A model generated the notes under the pieces. That model saw only the letters and a list, made by a program, of their open reading frames with translations. It searched no databases and was not told the DNA's origin. From IMG/VR virus record IMGVR_UViG_3300048848_000227, positions 1 through 62,918 of that record: a stretch of DNA of 62,918 nucleotides; one strand, given 5' to 3'. This DNA is from a virus (lineage: Duplodnaviria > Caudoviricetes). Position numbers and translations under genes: made by a program. Shown piece after piece: positions 48,739-58,109 of the stretch (position 1 is its first letter; each line of letters begins with the position of its first letter).

Positions 48739-51015
48739 ATGGGCCTAATTAGAGATTTTGCAGCGACGGTCTTTGCGGACGGCCCGACATCGGCGCCCTC
48801 CCAGCCGCCCAAGAGTGGCGCCAGGGCGCTCTTCGGCTTGATTGATGCCAACCTCTCCAACCTGATCAACGGGCTGGTGATCGGCGGCGCCGTTGTCTAC
48901 GCCACACGTGCGGCGCTATTCGCGGATCTGGCGCGACCGGCCAACACGCTAGGCATTGTCTACAACGACAGCACGCTGGCTTACAACGGCGTGTATGTGA
49001 AGGCGGGCGCTTCTGGCTCCGGTAGCTGGTCGCTTACGGGGCTGGCTTTGCCTTCTTCGTTTGCTGTTGATCTTTCCGCTGTAGTTTCCGAGGTCGCAGC
49101 CGCCCGAAACGGTGCGGGTTCGCTCGACGCCCGTCTCGACGCCGAACTTGCCGCTTTCAATGATCTTTCGGGAGACGTCGACACAATCGCCGGTGAAATC
49201 ACGACCGCCCGAAACGGTGAAGGCAGCCTTGCGCAACGTCTCCTTTCTATCGTTCAGCTGATTTCCGATCTTTCCGAAGATGTGCAGCCAGTCGTGGACG
49301 AGGTCATTGATGCGCGTGGTGGAGAGGACAGCCTTGCGGCCCGGTTCCTGGCCACCGTCCAGCTGATTTCCGAACTGTCCGCGGTGGTTGAGTCCTTCGG
49401 GATCAACCCTGTTGATGTCTTCGGCTGGGCACACGCTTTTGTCGGCGCCAACAACAAGCCGATTGCGGGGATACGCCCAGACGGCACGTTCGCAGCTCAA
49501 GGGTTTGAGTTTTCCGATGGAAGGCTGCTAGAAGGCGACACAGGCGACTGGGAACAAGCGACGGTCGGAAAGACAGGGAAGCCCATCTGCGGTATCAAGG
49601 ATGGGGATTTTGTCGTCGGGCATGCGGGGGCATCCGCCGATCTCAAAATGTTGGCCAAAGAGCCTGGGCTGCTCGCACGCTCTGCGTCCATGTCCTTCCC
49701 AAGCAACGAGGGATTTGCGCGACCAGCTTGGGATTACAATATCGTCATCGGCTATGGTCAGTCCCTCAGCGTAGGCCAACAGGCGTGGGCGCGATGGGTC
49801 GCGGAAGACACGCCGACCCGAACCGACACCTGGATGATTGGCAACTCGGTTCGTCCCGTCACGGATCAAACAGCAGCGTGGGCGCCGATCGGCGGCTCGG
49901 CCGTGCTGACGCAGCTCAAAGCCACCGTCGAGGCTCCTGACGACAGCGGCACCATCCTTTCCCCGTCTGCCGTCGATGCTCTTGCGACTGACAGCCAGGC
50001 GCTCGGCTTCAACCCATTGATTGGCGCTGTCCGTTACGTCGCCCGTGCATTTGAGGATGTCCAGTTCTTCAGGAAGAATTGGCTTGCATATTCGGCGGGC
50101 AGTGGTGGAAAGACGATTGAGCAGCTGACGCCTGGCGCTTCGCCAAACCTGTATAACCGGCTTGTGCAGGGCGGTGCAGCCGCAGTCGCTGCGGTGCCCG
50201 GCGGCGCGACCAAGGGCGTTGTTGCCGTCTCCATCATGCAGGGCGAAAACAACTACGCTTCCGTTGGGGGTGATCGGACAAAGGCTGGCTACAAGGCCAA
50301 GCTTTCCGCAGTTCTCGATGCTATCGACGCGACCAACGCTGCAGCCACAGGACAGACCCGGAAGGCGCTGAAGCTGACCTATCAGACGGGCGGCGGGTAC
50401 GTGGCGGACGATACGCCTACACCTCTGTCTATCGCCATGGCGCAATGGGAACTGAGCCTTGAGCGTGGCGATGTTGTCATGGTGGGCCCGGTTTATCAGA
50501 TGACGGATAAGGCCGGCCACCTAACGGCAGACGGTTCGGCTTGGTACAGCCAGCAGCTTGGAAAGGTTATGCACCGGGTGCTTACGCTTGGTCAGCGGTG
50601 GGAACCTCTTTCGCCGCTCTGGACCGACAGGGCAGGGCAAACGGTTTACATCGGATATCACGTTCCAGAGCCGCCGATTGTGCTCGGTACGCCCTACGAC
50701 ATCCTCACGGCAACTGACTTCCGTGACAAAGGATTCCGCGTCCAAGACTCTCTCGGTTACGTCGCTATTGACGCTGTCCGTGTCGTCGGCGCGTCAATCA
50801 TCGCGATTGATCTGGCTCGATCCCCATTGCCAGATGCCACAGTTTGGTACGCTGGAAAGACGGGCTTCAATGGAGGCGGCTGTGTCCGAGACAGTGACGC
50901 TACGGTAGCTGACGCCGTCTACCGCTCAAGCGATATCCCGGCTCTCACCGGGAAGCCTTACCCCCTTCACAACTGGTCAATTGCTTCCTGGCTGCCTGTC
51001 GGCTGGTCTCGCTAG
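48739..51015 (+). CDS. Tail spike/fibre with an SGNH (O-acetylesterase-like) domain
   Basis: GYGQSL, MQGENN, HLT; three AARNG/ARGG..SL..R repeats; start may be 48724. Confidence 0.75.
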   Translation: MGLIRDFAATVFADGPTSAPSQPPKSGARALFGLIDANLSNLINGLVIGGAVVYATRAALFADLARPANTLGIVYNDSTLAYNGVYVKAGASGSGSWSLTGLALPSSFAVDLSAVVSEVAAARNGAGSLDARLDAELAAFNDLSGDVDTIAGEITTARNGEGSLAQRLLSIVQLISDLSEDVQPVVDEVIDARGGEDSLAARFLATVQLISELSAVVESFGINPVDVFGWAHAFVGANNKPIAGIRPDGTFAAQGFEFSDGRLLEGDTGDWEQATVGKTGKPICGIKDGDFVVGHAGASADLKMLAKEPGLLARSASMSFPSNEGFARPAWDYNIVIGYGQSLSVGQQAWARWVAEDTPTRTDTWMIGNSVRPVTDQTAAWAPIGGSAVLTQLKATVEAPDDSGTILSPSAVDALATDSQALGFNPLIGAVRYVARAFEDVQFFRKNWLAYSAGSGGKTIEQLTPGASPNLYNRLVQGGAAAVAAVPGGATKGVVAVSIMQGENNYASVGGDRTKAGYKAKLSAVLDAIDATNAAATGQTRKALKLTYQTGGGYVADDTPTPLSIAMAQWELSLERGDVVMVGPVYQMTDKAGHLTADGSAWYSQQLGKVMHRVLTLGQRWEPLSPLWTDRAGQTVYIGYHVPEPPIVLGTPYDILTATDFRDKGFRVQDSLGYVAIDAVRVVGASIIAIDLARSPLPDATVWYAGKTGFNGGGCVRDSDATVADAVYRSSDIPALTGKPYPLHNWSIASWLPVGWSR

Positions 51016-51026
51016 AGGATACCCAC

Positions 51027-51854
51027 ATGAAAACGACACTCCCCGATCTTGACGATAGCCGCTCGCCATTCGCGCCACTCGTCGCATCCAAATACGGGTT
51101 CCCGGCCGACAGTCTTCGGGCTCTTTACCTCATGACGGGGCAGCACTCTGATGGAGCGCTGATCTCAGGCGGCAACGTGACGGACTATTCTGGCTTGGCA
51201 AATCACGCCAGTTATCAGGTCGGAGGCAATGCCTACCAGCGGTCCTGGGGGCAGGACTTCGTTGACAATGGCGGCGGCATCATCACGCCGATCCCTGTCA
51301 ACGCATCTTACACGACTGTCTTGGTTGCCAGACAGACCCACAGCGAGGGGCCAACGACGGCGCGCTTTCCTGTGTTTTCTGCGCCATCGTCAGCTCTGGC
51401 AGCGACCACCGCTAGCTTCAACAGCCCAACGGCAAATGGCCTTTACCTGACCGAGCAGATGTCAGTCGCGGGGGCCGGTAAGCTCGACCTAGGGCTTTTT
51501 GTCAGGAACAGCGAGTTCGATGGCGACACATCTCCGCGCAAGGGCGTGGTCCGCGACCTAGTGTCGTCGATGAGCTTCTTCGCCATGGCTGTGTCGGTCA
51601 ATTTCGAGACGAATGTCATCAACTTCGTTTCTTCGGCGGGGTCTTATTCGATCACGGATGCTGATGTTTCAGCACTCGTCGAAGCCGGCTCGGGATTTCA
51701 TTCCTTTGGCTTGTTTCGTCTCGATACCCAGCCGCTGCCTGGGGCGCTCTGCTTGGCGGCGATCCACAATGTGGCCTACCCGATGGAGTCGCTTAAGCAG
51801 ATCTTCGCTAATGCGCGCCGGTTGGTACGCCGACGCGGCGTTGAGGTCGTCTGA
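51027..51854 (+). CDS. Hypothetical tail-associated protein
   Basis: 275 aa, beta-rich; GAGG RBS. Confidence 0.65.
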   Translation: MKTTLPDLDDSRSPFAPLVASKYGFPADSLRALYLMTGQHSDGALISGGNVTDYSGLANHASYQVGGNAYQRSWGQDFVDNGGGIITPIPVNASYTTVLVARQTHSEGPTTARFPVFSAPSSALAATTASFNSPTANGLYLTEQMSVAGAGKLDLGLFVRNSEFDGDTSPRKGVVRDLVSSMSFFAMAVSVNFETNVINFVSSAGSYSITDADVSALVEAGSGFHSFGLFRLDTQPLPGALCLAAIHNVAYPMESLKQIFANARRLVRRRGVEVV

Positions 51855-51914
51855 AAATTAACGCGGGCTGTAGCGCCGGCTCATAGCCACACCACACCAC
51901 AAGAGGAAATCACC

Positions 51915-52751
51915 ATGGCGCGGGAAACCCTTCCCGTCGCCCTCGACCTGATGTTCGGGCACGAGGGCGGCTATTCAAATGCCGCGACAGACAGCGGCGG
52001 GCCGACGAAGTACGGCATCACGCACAAGACGCTTGCGGCGCGTCGTGGCGTAAAGTCGGTAACGGCTGCCGAGGTCAAGGCGCTGACGTTGGCAGAAGCG
52101 ACGGACATCTACCGCAAGTCCTACTGGGTGCAGTCGGGTGGCGATCTGCTCCCCGCCGGCCTTGATTATGCGGCGTTCGACTTCGGCGTGAACTCCGGCC
52201 CCGCGACCGCGATCAAGCGGCTGCAGACGGTTCTTGCGGCGGCGGGCGGCTATCAGGGCAAGGTTGACGGCCACCTCGGAGAGCAGACTCTTGCGGCCAT
52301 CAAGGCCTATCCCGGCGGCGTGCGGATGCTGCTCATCGCATATTGCGACGAGCGCATGAAGTACCTGCGCGGCCTGGGCGGCTCGACGGGCTTCGGCCCG
52401 AATGGGCGCGGCTGGACGATCCGCGTGACCGGCAAGGATCCGCTGAAGAAGTGGAAAGACCAGCCTGGCGTCGTTGGCAACGCTCTGCGTCTCACCAGCG
52501 TGGCGGGGCCTTCTCCGGTCAAGGTCGTTGCTCCAGCCGAAGCTGCAGCCAAGGCCGACACCAAAAGCACGGGCTTGCCCGAGATCCTCAAGAAGCCCGA
52601 AGCATGGGGCCCGCTAGGCGGGCTGCTGTCGGCTGGTGGCGCGATTGCCGCCGGCAGCGGGCCGTTGCAGTGGGCGCTGGCTATCGCGCTTGTGGCAGGC
52701 GTCCTCGTCGGCGTCTGGTACTTCGTCCGGCGGGTGAGGGGCGGGGCATGA
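51915..52751 (+). CDS. Endolysin, GH108 family, with a hydrophobic C-terminus
   Basis: HEGGYSN..DSGGPTKYGIT, FDFGVNSG. Confidence 0.92.
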   Translation: MARETLPVALDLMFGHEGGYSNAATDSGGPTKYGITHKTLAARRGVKSVTAAEVKALTLAEATDIYRKSYWVQSGGDLLPAGLDYAAFDFGVNSGPATAIKRLQTVLAAAGGYQGKVDGHLGEQTLAAIKAYPGGVRMLLIAYCDERMKYLRGLGGSTGFGPNGRGWTIRVTGKDPLKKWKDQPGVVGNALRLTSVAGPSPVKVVAPAEAAAKADTKSTGLPEILKKPEAWGPLGGLLSAGGAIAAGSGPLQWALAIALVAGVLVGVWYFVRRVRGGA

Positions 52752-52996
52752 TCTTGCTGTCTACTCTATGGGCGCGCCTGCAAGGCTACGTCGCTGCGGC
52801 GGGGGTCGTCCTGGGCATCGTTGCTGGAGCGTTCCTCTACGGGCGCTCTGACGGCCGCCAAGATGCTGAGGCAGCCCAGGCCAAGAGCAACGCGCGCGCC
52901 CGAACACAATCCAAGGAAGTCGAACATGAAATCAACGGTCTTGATGATCGTAGCGTTGACGATCGTCTCGCTAAGTGGGTGCGCGACAAGCGGTAA
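52748..52996 (+). CDS. Putative i-spanin (Rz-like)
   Basis: N-terminal TM helix plus helical domain, after the endolysin. Confidence 0.6.
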   Translation: MILLSTLWARLQGYVAAAGVVLGIVAGAFLYGRSDGRQDAEAAQAKSNARARTQSKEVEHEINGLDDRSVDDRLAKWVRDKR

Positions 52997-53117
52997 CTAC
53001 TGCGAGATCGCGCGCGCCATTCGACCTTCCGTCGTTGACTCTCTCACCGCGGAAACCAAGCGTCAGATTCTCGCAGAGAATGAGAAGCTTTCCGCCCTTT
53101 GCGGGGTAAAGCCTTAA
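52926..53117 (+). CDS. Putative o-spanin lipoprotein (Rz1-like)
   Basis: Lipobox LSGC; overlaps the upstream gene. Confidence 0.7.
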   Translation: MKSTVLMIVALTIVSLSGCATSGNYCEIARAIRPSVVDSLTAETKRQILAENEKLSALCGVKP

Positions 53118-53190
53118 TGAGAAAATCCAGAATTCTACACTTCCTGAAATGGCATCTGTTTAGCGCCTGCATCTGCATTGGCGCTTTCGC

Positions 53191-53538
53191 TTGACCGGCG
53201 CTGAGCTGATGGCCGTCGTGGTGTTCGGCATCACGGTATTCGGCGTCATTTTCGGCATGTGGCGCTTCATCGATGGCAAGATCGAGAAGGGCAAGGCTGA
53301 CGCCGCGGTCATCGCCGGCGCCGCCTCCGCACTGGCCGGGCTAACAAGGCAGGAGCTTGCCGAACACCGCCTTTACTGCGCCGAGACATACATCACCAAG
53401 GCCGGCATGCGCGAAAGCACAGAGCTGATCATGGATGCCCTGCAGGGCGTCAAGCAGGCCGTAGACCACATGGCCTTGCGCGTCGACCGTGTCGTCGAGA
53501 ACCAGGCATCAAAGCCCCGTCCGTCGTCGCGCGTCTAA
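53191..53538 (+). CDS. Membrane protein, possible holin
   Basis: N-terminal TM helix; located in the lysis region. Confidence 0.55.
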   Translation: MTGAELMAVVVFGITVFGVIFGMWRFIDGKIEKGKADAAVIAGAASALAGLTRQELAEHRLYCAETYITKAGMRESTELIMDALQGVKQAVDHMALRVDRVVENQASKPRPSSRV

Positions 53539-53606
53539 GGCGCCTCTACTTCTTTAGCGCGCTCTTATGCTGCGCCAGTCACCAACCCGAAATTGAGAGA
53601 TGAATT

Positions 53607-53867
53607 ATGGCTACGCAGCTTCTAGCTACGGGCAGCACGGCTGCCGATTCCACAGATGTAGTGATTGATCAGGGCTCAACGCTGACCGTTTCCCTGAAGG
53701 GTGCCGACGCGAAGGCGCAGGTCAATATCGCGTTGAAGGATGATGTTTCCGGCTATCAGGTTGTCGGCAGCCTGTCGCTGCCGAAGAAAGCCGTCTGCAT
53801 CATTGCTCCTGGAACGTATCGCTTCAGTCGATTGGCGGGCGGGACGTGCGGGGTGTTCAGTGCTTAG
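53607..53867 (+). CDS. Hypothetical protein
   Basis: 86 aa ORF. Confidence 0.65.
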   Translation: MATQLLATGSTAADSTDVVIDQGSTLTVSLKGADAKAQVNIALKDDVSGYQVVGSLSLPKKAVCIIAPGTYRFSRLAGGTCGVFSA

Positions 53868-54046
53868 TCCACTGTTCATACCTCTTTTTCGCCCTGTAGT
53901 GGGAGAGTTCGATTCAGACAAGCCTGTCTCTGGGGTCTTTCTCATAAGTGGCCTTTTGGTGATCTTCGACTCCTCGACGAACAAAAGCCGCCTCTTGACC
54001 ATCAACGATGCAAGCGCTGGCACAACTAGGCCTGCAAGGATTTCCA

Positions 54047-55216
54047 ATGGCAATTGATAGCAAGAACCCGCTGACGGTCAACGGCTCACTTTCGAGTTCC
54101 GACAGGGCTCTCACAGCTGGCGCTCTGCGTAAGTATGCCCCGTCAGCTTTCTACAATCTCAAACCGTCGAATACACTGAAACTTCGCGCGGCGATGGCCA
54201 GCGCTTCGGCGAACTGCAACGTTCTCTGTATCGGCCCCTCCACAACGGCTGGCGAGTCTACGGGCCAAGGCACTACGCAGGCTGTGAATTCCTGGGTTGC
54301 CCAGCTTGCGGATCGGCTGTCCGCCCGCGGCATCCCTGCCGGCGCCAATAACCGCTTCGGGTGCATGTCTTCCCTCTGGTCGTACCTGATTGCGGCCGAC
54401 GGCAGAGTTTCCGCAACGGGCGGCGTGTCGCAAGGCGGCACAGTTACGGCGGGCGGAAACAGCATCAATATTCCCGTCGGCGGCACATTTTCTTTCACGC
54501 CTCAAAAGCCTGTCGATACGTTTATCGTTACAACGTACGCCACCGCAGCAAGCCGGTCATTTCGGCTCACAGCAGGGACTGGCACGCCGGTCGCAGTGTC
54601 GCAAGCAGTTGCCGGTGTTATCACGAATACGACTGTTACGGCCGACGCTCTCGGGACAAAGACGCTCCTCCTTGACAACGTGGTGGGCGGCACGGTCGTG
54701 ATCGTCGGTGTCCGTGCATTTGATAACAGCCGCCGCGAAATCTCTTTGCTCAATTGGGGGGTATCTGGCGCCCGCGCTGATCAGCTTATCGAAAACACAG
54801 ATACCATTGCTGGCCGTCTGGCTATGATCACCGCATTCGCAGCTCCCGGCGCGATCCTTGATGACCTTGCCATCAATGACTGGCGGCAGGGCATCGCGGT
54901 TGCGACTACTCAGGCCAGCATTACAACATTGGCAAATCGGGTGATCTCCGCAGGCGGCAATCCAATCCTTACGACGCCGCTTTTTGACGGAGGTACTGCA
55001 GGAACGACTGCCCAGCAGGATCTCTACGCCGCCATGACATTTGATGTCGCGGACACCCTTGACCTTCCCGTCATTGACGTTCGGTCAAGCTGGGTCTCAT
55101 ACGCTGCTGCCAACGGTCTAAGCCTATATTCCGACACTGTGCATCCGTTGGCAAAAGGATACGCAATGAAAGCGGCGCTTATGACGGAGTTCTTTTCGAA
55201 ACTCAGAGGTATGTAA
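54047..55216 (+). CDS. SGNH/GDSL hydrolase-like protein
   Basis: IGPSTTAG, NWGVSG, IND, DTVHP. Confidence 0.85.
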   Translation: MAIDSKNPLTVNGSLSSSDRALTAGALRKYAPSAFYNLKPSNTLKLRAAMASASANCNVLCIGPSTTAGESTGQGTTQAVNSWVAQLADRLSARGIPAGANNRFGCMSSLWSYLIAADGRVSATGGVSQGGTVTAGGNSINIPVGGTFSFTPQKPVDTFIVTTYATAASRSFRLTAGTGTPVAVSQAVAGVITNTTVTADALGTKTLLLDNVVGGTVVIVGVRAFDNSRREISLLNWGVSGARADQLIENTDTIAGRLAMITAFAAPGAILDDLAINDWRQGIAVATTQASITTLANRVISAGGNPILTTPLFDGGTAGTTAQQDLYAAMTFDVADTLDLPVIDVRSSWVSYAAANGLSLYSDTVHPLAKGYAMKAALMTEFFSKLRGM

Positions 55217-55260
55217 GATAGTTGTCTCGCTAACCGGCCAGCTGATCGCATAACTCCACC

Positions 55261-55297
55261 AAGCCCCCTTGCCCTAACCGGCGAGGGGGCTTTTTTT
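55261..55297 (+). terminator. Intrinsic terminator ending the late operon
   Basis: GCCCCCTTGCC-CTAACC-GGCGAGGGGGC-T7. Confidence 0.85.
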
Positions 55298-55314
55298 GTT
55301 TTCGCCGCTACATA

Positions 55315-55343
55315 TTGACAAATTTGTAAAACGGTCCTATTGT
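55315..55343 (+). promoter_or_regulatory. Sigma70 promoter/operator, copy 4
   Basis: TTGACA-17bp-TATTGT with the identical 20-mer. Confidence 0.8.
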
Positions 55344-55386
55344 GAGGCTACCACCACCACGACACCACCATAGAGGAGACCACACC

Positions 55387-56034
55387 ATGAGACGTTACGT
55401 CCTCGCCTTCCTTGCTGTCATCGTCGCTGCGGCAGGCTATCTGGCCTACCCAGCCACGGCCGGAACGCCGCTGCCAGACCTCGCTTCTTATTCCGTCAAG
55501 CTCAACACGCCTACCGGCCACGGCTCCGGCACGCACATTGGCGGCGGCTACATCCTGACGGCGGCACACGTCGTTGCAGGCAGAACGTCCGTGGTCGTGC
55601 AGACCAACATCGGGCGCCAGCGCTACGCCAAGGTGCTCTGGATTAACACCGAGACCGACCTTGCGCTGCTGCTCACCAGCCCGCAGGGCATGGCGTCCGC
55701 CAACCTGTCCTGCCGCACGGCACATGCAGGCGAGCCCATCCGCGCCGACGGCAACCCCCTCAACATCGACTTCGTTTCCTCCAGCGGCAAGATCTCCGGC
55801 GATGCGCGCGAGATTGCGTCGGGACGGCTGGCCTATGTCACTGACATGACGACCGTCATGGGAATGAGCGGGGGTGGCACGTTCGACCGCAATGGCGACC
55901 TGATTGGCATCACGTCTGCGGTCGCGATTGCGCCGCTGCAGACCGGGCCTGCCGCATGGACGCCAAGCCTGACGGGCTTCGGGATGGCCGTGCCGTCCTT
56001 CGTTGCCTGCAGGCTTATGGGGCGGGGGGTTTGA
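55387..56034 (+). CDS. Exported trypsin-like serine protease
   Basis: Signal/TM N-terminus; TAAH, DLALL and GMSGG triad. Confidence 0.9.
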   Translation: MRRYVLAFLAVIVAAAGYLAYPATAGTPLPDLASYSVKLNTPTGHGSGTHIGGGYILTAAHVVAGRTSVVVQTNIGRQRYAKVLWINTETDLALLLTSPQGMASANLSCRTAHAGEPIRADGNPLNIDFVSSSGKISGDAREIASGRLAYVTDMTTVMGMSGGGTFDRNGDLIGITSAVAIAPLQTGPAAWTPSLTGFGMAVPSFVACRLMGRGV

Positions 56035-56513
56035 TGATGGCGCCCAAGACAGACCCATGGCTGAACCCGAAGCAATACCGCGCCGAGCGCCGCCGCCAAA
56101 TGACCGCCCGCCTCATCGTTCTCAACACCTGCTGGGCCGCGCTTGTCGTCTGGGCGGCTGTACAGGGCTACGTGTCGTTCGTGTTTACGCATGATGTGTC
56201 AAACATCAGCTACGTGATCTCGGCTGTGCTGGCCGCCTCGCTGGCCGCCGTATTCCTCGGCCGCACCGCCCATCTCTACCGCACCGAAGTCTGGCTTGTG
56301 ACGCTCGGCCTGATCGGCAACGTCGTCGGGTTTCTGATTGCCCTGCAGGACATCGACACAGGCTCGCTGGGTTCTCCTGACGGCGTCCAGAAGGTCGCGG
56401 CAGGATTGCTTGCCGGGATGGGCGTTGCCTTCTGCTCGACGCTGGTGGGCGCTGTTGGCGCGCTCTGGCTTAGCACGGTCGGCTGGGTCGTTGGCGCTAA
56501 GGAGGGGGCGTGA
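56034..56513 (+). CDS. MotA/TolQ/ExbB-like membrane protein
   Basis: Four hydrophobic segments; LGLIGNVVG...GMGVAFCSTLVG. Confidence 0.72.
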   Translation: MMAPKTDPWLNPKQYRAERRRQMTARLIVLNTCWAALVVWAAVQGYVSFVFTHDVSNISYVISAVLAASLAAVFLGRTAHLYRTEVWLVTLGLIGNVVGFLIALQDIDTGSLGSPDGVQKVAAGLLAGMGVAFCSTLVGAVGALWLSTVGWVVGAKEGA

Positions 56514-56710
56514 TGGGAGTTAAAAGCACGATCGCGCTCACTCGATTGGAGGCGGAGGGTCGATATTACGAGCTCGTCACGGCGCTCATGCGCAAAGAAG
56601 GGCTCTGTTTTTCCGATGTGATTCTGGAGGCGGCATTGGAGGAATTGAACGACGCAGCGCACAACGGCGAGGGGTTTGAAAACTACACCATCAGCCGTGA
56701 TCGCCCATGA
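56510..56710 (+). CDS. Hypothetical protein
   Basis: Coupled 66 aa ORF. Confidence 0.55.
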   Translation: MMGVKSTIALTRLEAEGRYYELVTALMRKEGLCFSDVILEAALEELNDAAHNGEGFENYTISRDRP

Positions 56711-57252
56711 ACGCCATCCTCTTCCGCGATTTGCTCATGAATATGCTGCTTGGTCTTGTCGCACTCGTCGTCTTGGTCCTCGCCAACATCAACCCAACCG
56801 CCAGCGAAGACCCCATCAGCCAGCCTGGCAACCTGATCGCCAGTGCAGCATGGCCCGCCGGATCGACCGATGTGGACATCTGGGTGATCGGCCCTGACAA
56901 CGAGGCGGTCGGCTACAGCCACAAGAGTGGCAAACTGTGGTCGCTCCTTCGTGATGATCTTGGCACATCGAACGATGACACGCCTTTGAACTATGAGTCC
57001 GCGTTCACGCGCGGGCTCCCAGACGGCGAGTACGCCGTCAACGTCCGCTGCTACGCCTGCCAGCGGGGCGCAGTTCCGGTGTCAGTCGAGATCCGGCTGG
57101 CCGAAGGCGGGCTTATCTGGCGCGGCGTCGTGGATCTTCTGAAGGACAAGCAGGAGCGGACGGCGCAGCGGTTCCGCATTGCGGACGGGCGGGTCGTGCC
57201 GGGTTCGGCGAACAGTGTTTTCAAGGACATGAGGAGGGGTGCCTCGTCATGA
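56707..57252 (+). CDS. MotB/ExbD-like single-pass membrane protein
   Basis: FRDLL Asp at the TM start; periplasmic domain with DVDIWV..P. Confidence 0.62.
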   Translation: MNAILFRDLLMNMLLGLVALVVLVLANINPTASEDPISQPGNLIASAAWPAGSTDVDIWVIGPDNEAVGYSHKSGKLWSLLRDDLGTSNDDTPLNYESAFTRGLPDGEYAVNVRCYACQRGAVPVSVEIRLAEGGLIWRGVVDLLKDKQERTAQRFRIADGRVVPGSANSVFKDMRRGASS

Positions 57253-57539
57253 GATTATTTAAGTTCTTCAGGAGGCGCGAGATGCAACGAGAAATCACGC
57301 TTATAGTGCGCGGCCTGACCTACTCAGAGCCAACCACATACGAAAAAAATGGGTCAACTCGTATCACTACGAACCCATTCCTTATTGAGCGGGACGAAAT
57401 CGAAGTTAAGTGGAAGCTAGACGGAAAGCGCGATGATCTTCGTGTCGGGCAGTCAATTAGATGCTCTTTGACCCTGATCGGTGCAGACGAAGAATCTTCT
57501 ATCGAGCCGCCACCCGCTACTCCGCAGGTGGCCCCATGA
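57249..57539 (+). CDS. Hypothetical protein (lower GC)
   Basis: 96 aa; ATGA overlaps on both sides. Confidence 0.55.
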   Translation: MRLFKFFRRREMQREITLIVRGLTYSEPTTYEKNGSTRITTNPFLIERDEIEVKWKLDGKRDDLRVGQSIRCSLTLIGADEESSIEPPPATPQVAP

Positions 57540-57961
57540 CCACAGCCATCACCCTCTGGCTCGCGTTCGTCCTCGCTTGCGGCGTGCTGACCTTATTCGG
57601 CAACCGCAAGCAGGCCATCGGTTTCACGGTCATCTCGATCACCATGGGCTTCCTTGCAACCCTGCCGCTCGGCCACCCCGCAACGCGCACCCCGCCGCCC
57701 GGCCAGTTTACGGTGCTCGGCGCTCGCATCGATGTGGACAAGGCTATCTACGTTCTCGTCGATGGCCAGCCCGAGCCCGTCTACTACCAGCTGCCGTATT
57801 CGGCGCAGACCGCCAACCAGCTGCAGCAGGCCATGGATGCGGCGGAAGGCAACGGCACGGGCGTCTCCATGAAGATGGACGGCGAAGGCTCGCCTGGCTT
57901 TGCTGAAGCCGGCGACGGGCGCAAGGAGCCCACCAAGCAGCAGGAGGTGCCGCTGCTATGA
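57536..57961 (+). CDS. Membrane protein
   Basis: Two N-terminal TM helices; AIYVLV..EPVYYQLPYS. Confidence 0.7.
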   Translation: MTTAITLWLAFVLACGVLTLFGNRKQAIGFTVISITMGFLATLPLGHPATRTPPPGQFTVLGARIDVDKAIYVLVDGQPEPVYYQLPYSAQTANQLQQAMDAAEGNGTGVSMKMDGEGSPGFAEAGDGRKEPTKQQEVPLL

Positions 57962-58109
57962 CGTCGGAGATAGCATGGACCTTCGGCCTGCCGTTTGTGG
58001 CGTTCTTTGTTTTGATGAGCGTCTGCTGGTACGGCCTTCGCCGAATAGGAGAAGAACCGGACTGGGTACCAATCAGGCCGCTGCGCACACCACCACATGA
58101 GGAGACACC

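Noticed and set aside
56034-57252. Zorya defence system
   Set aside because: No long ZorA tail, no OmpA-like ZorB domain, no ZorC/D/E
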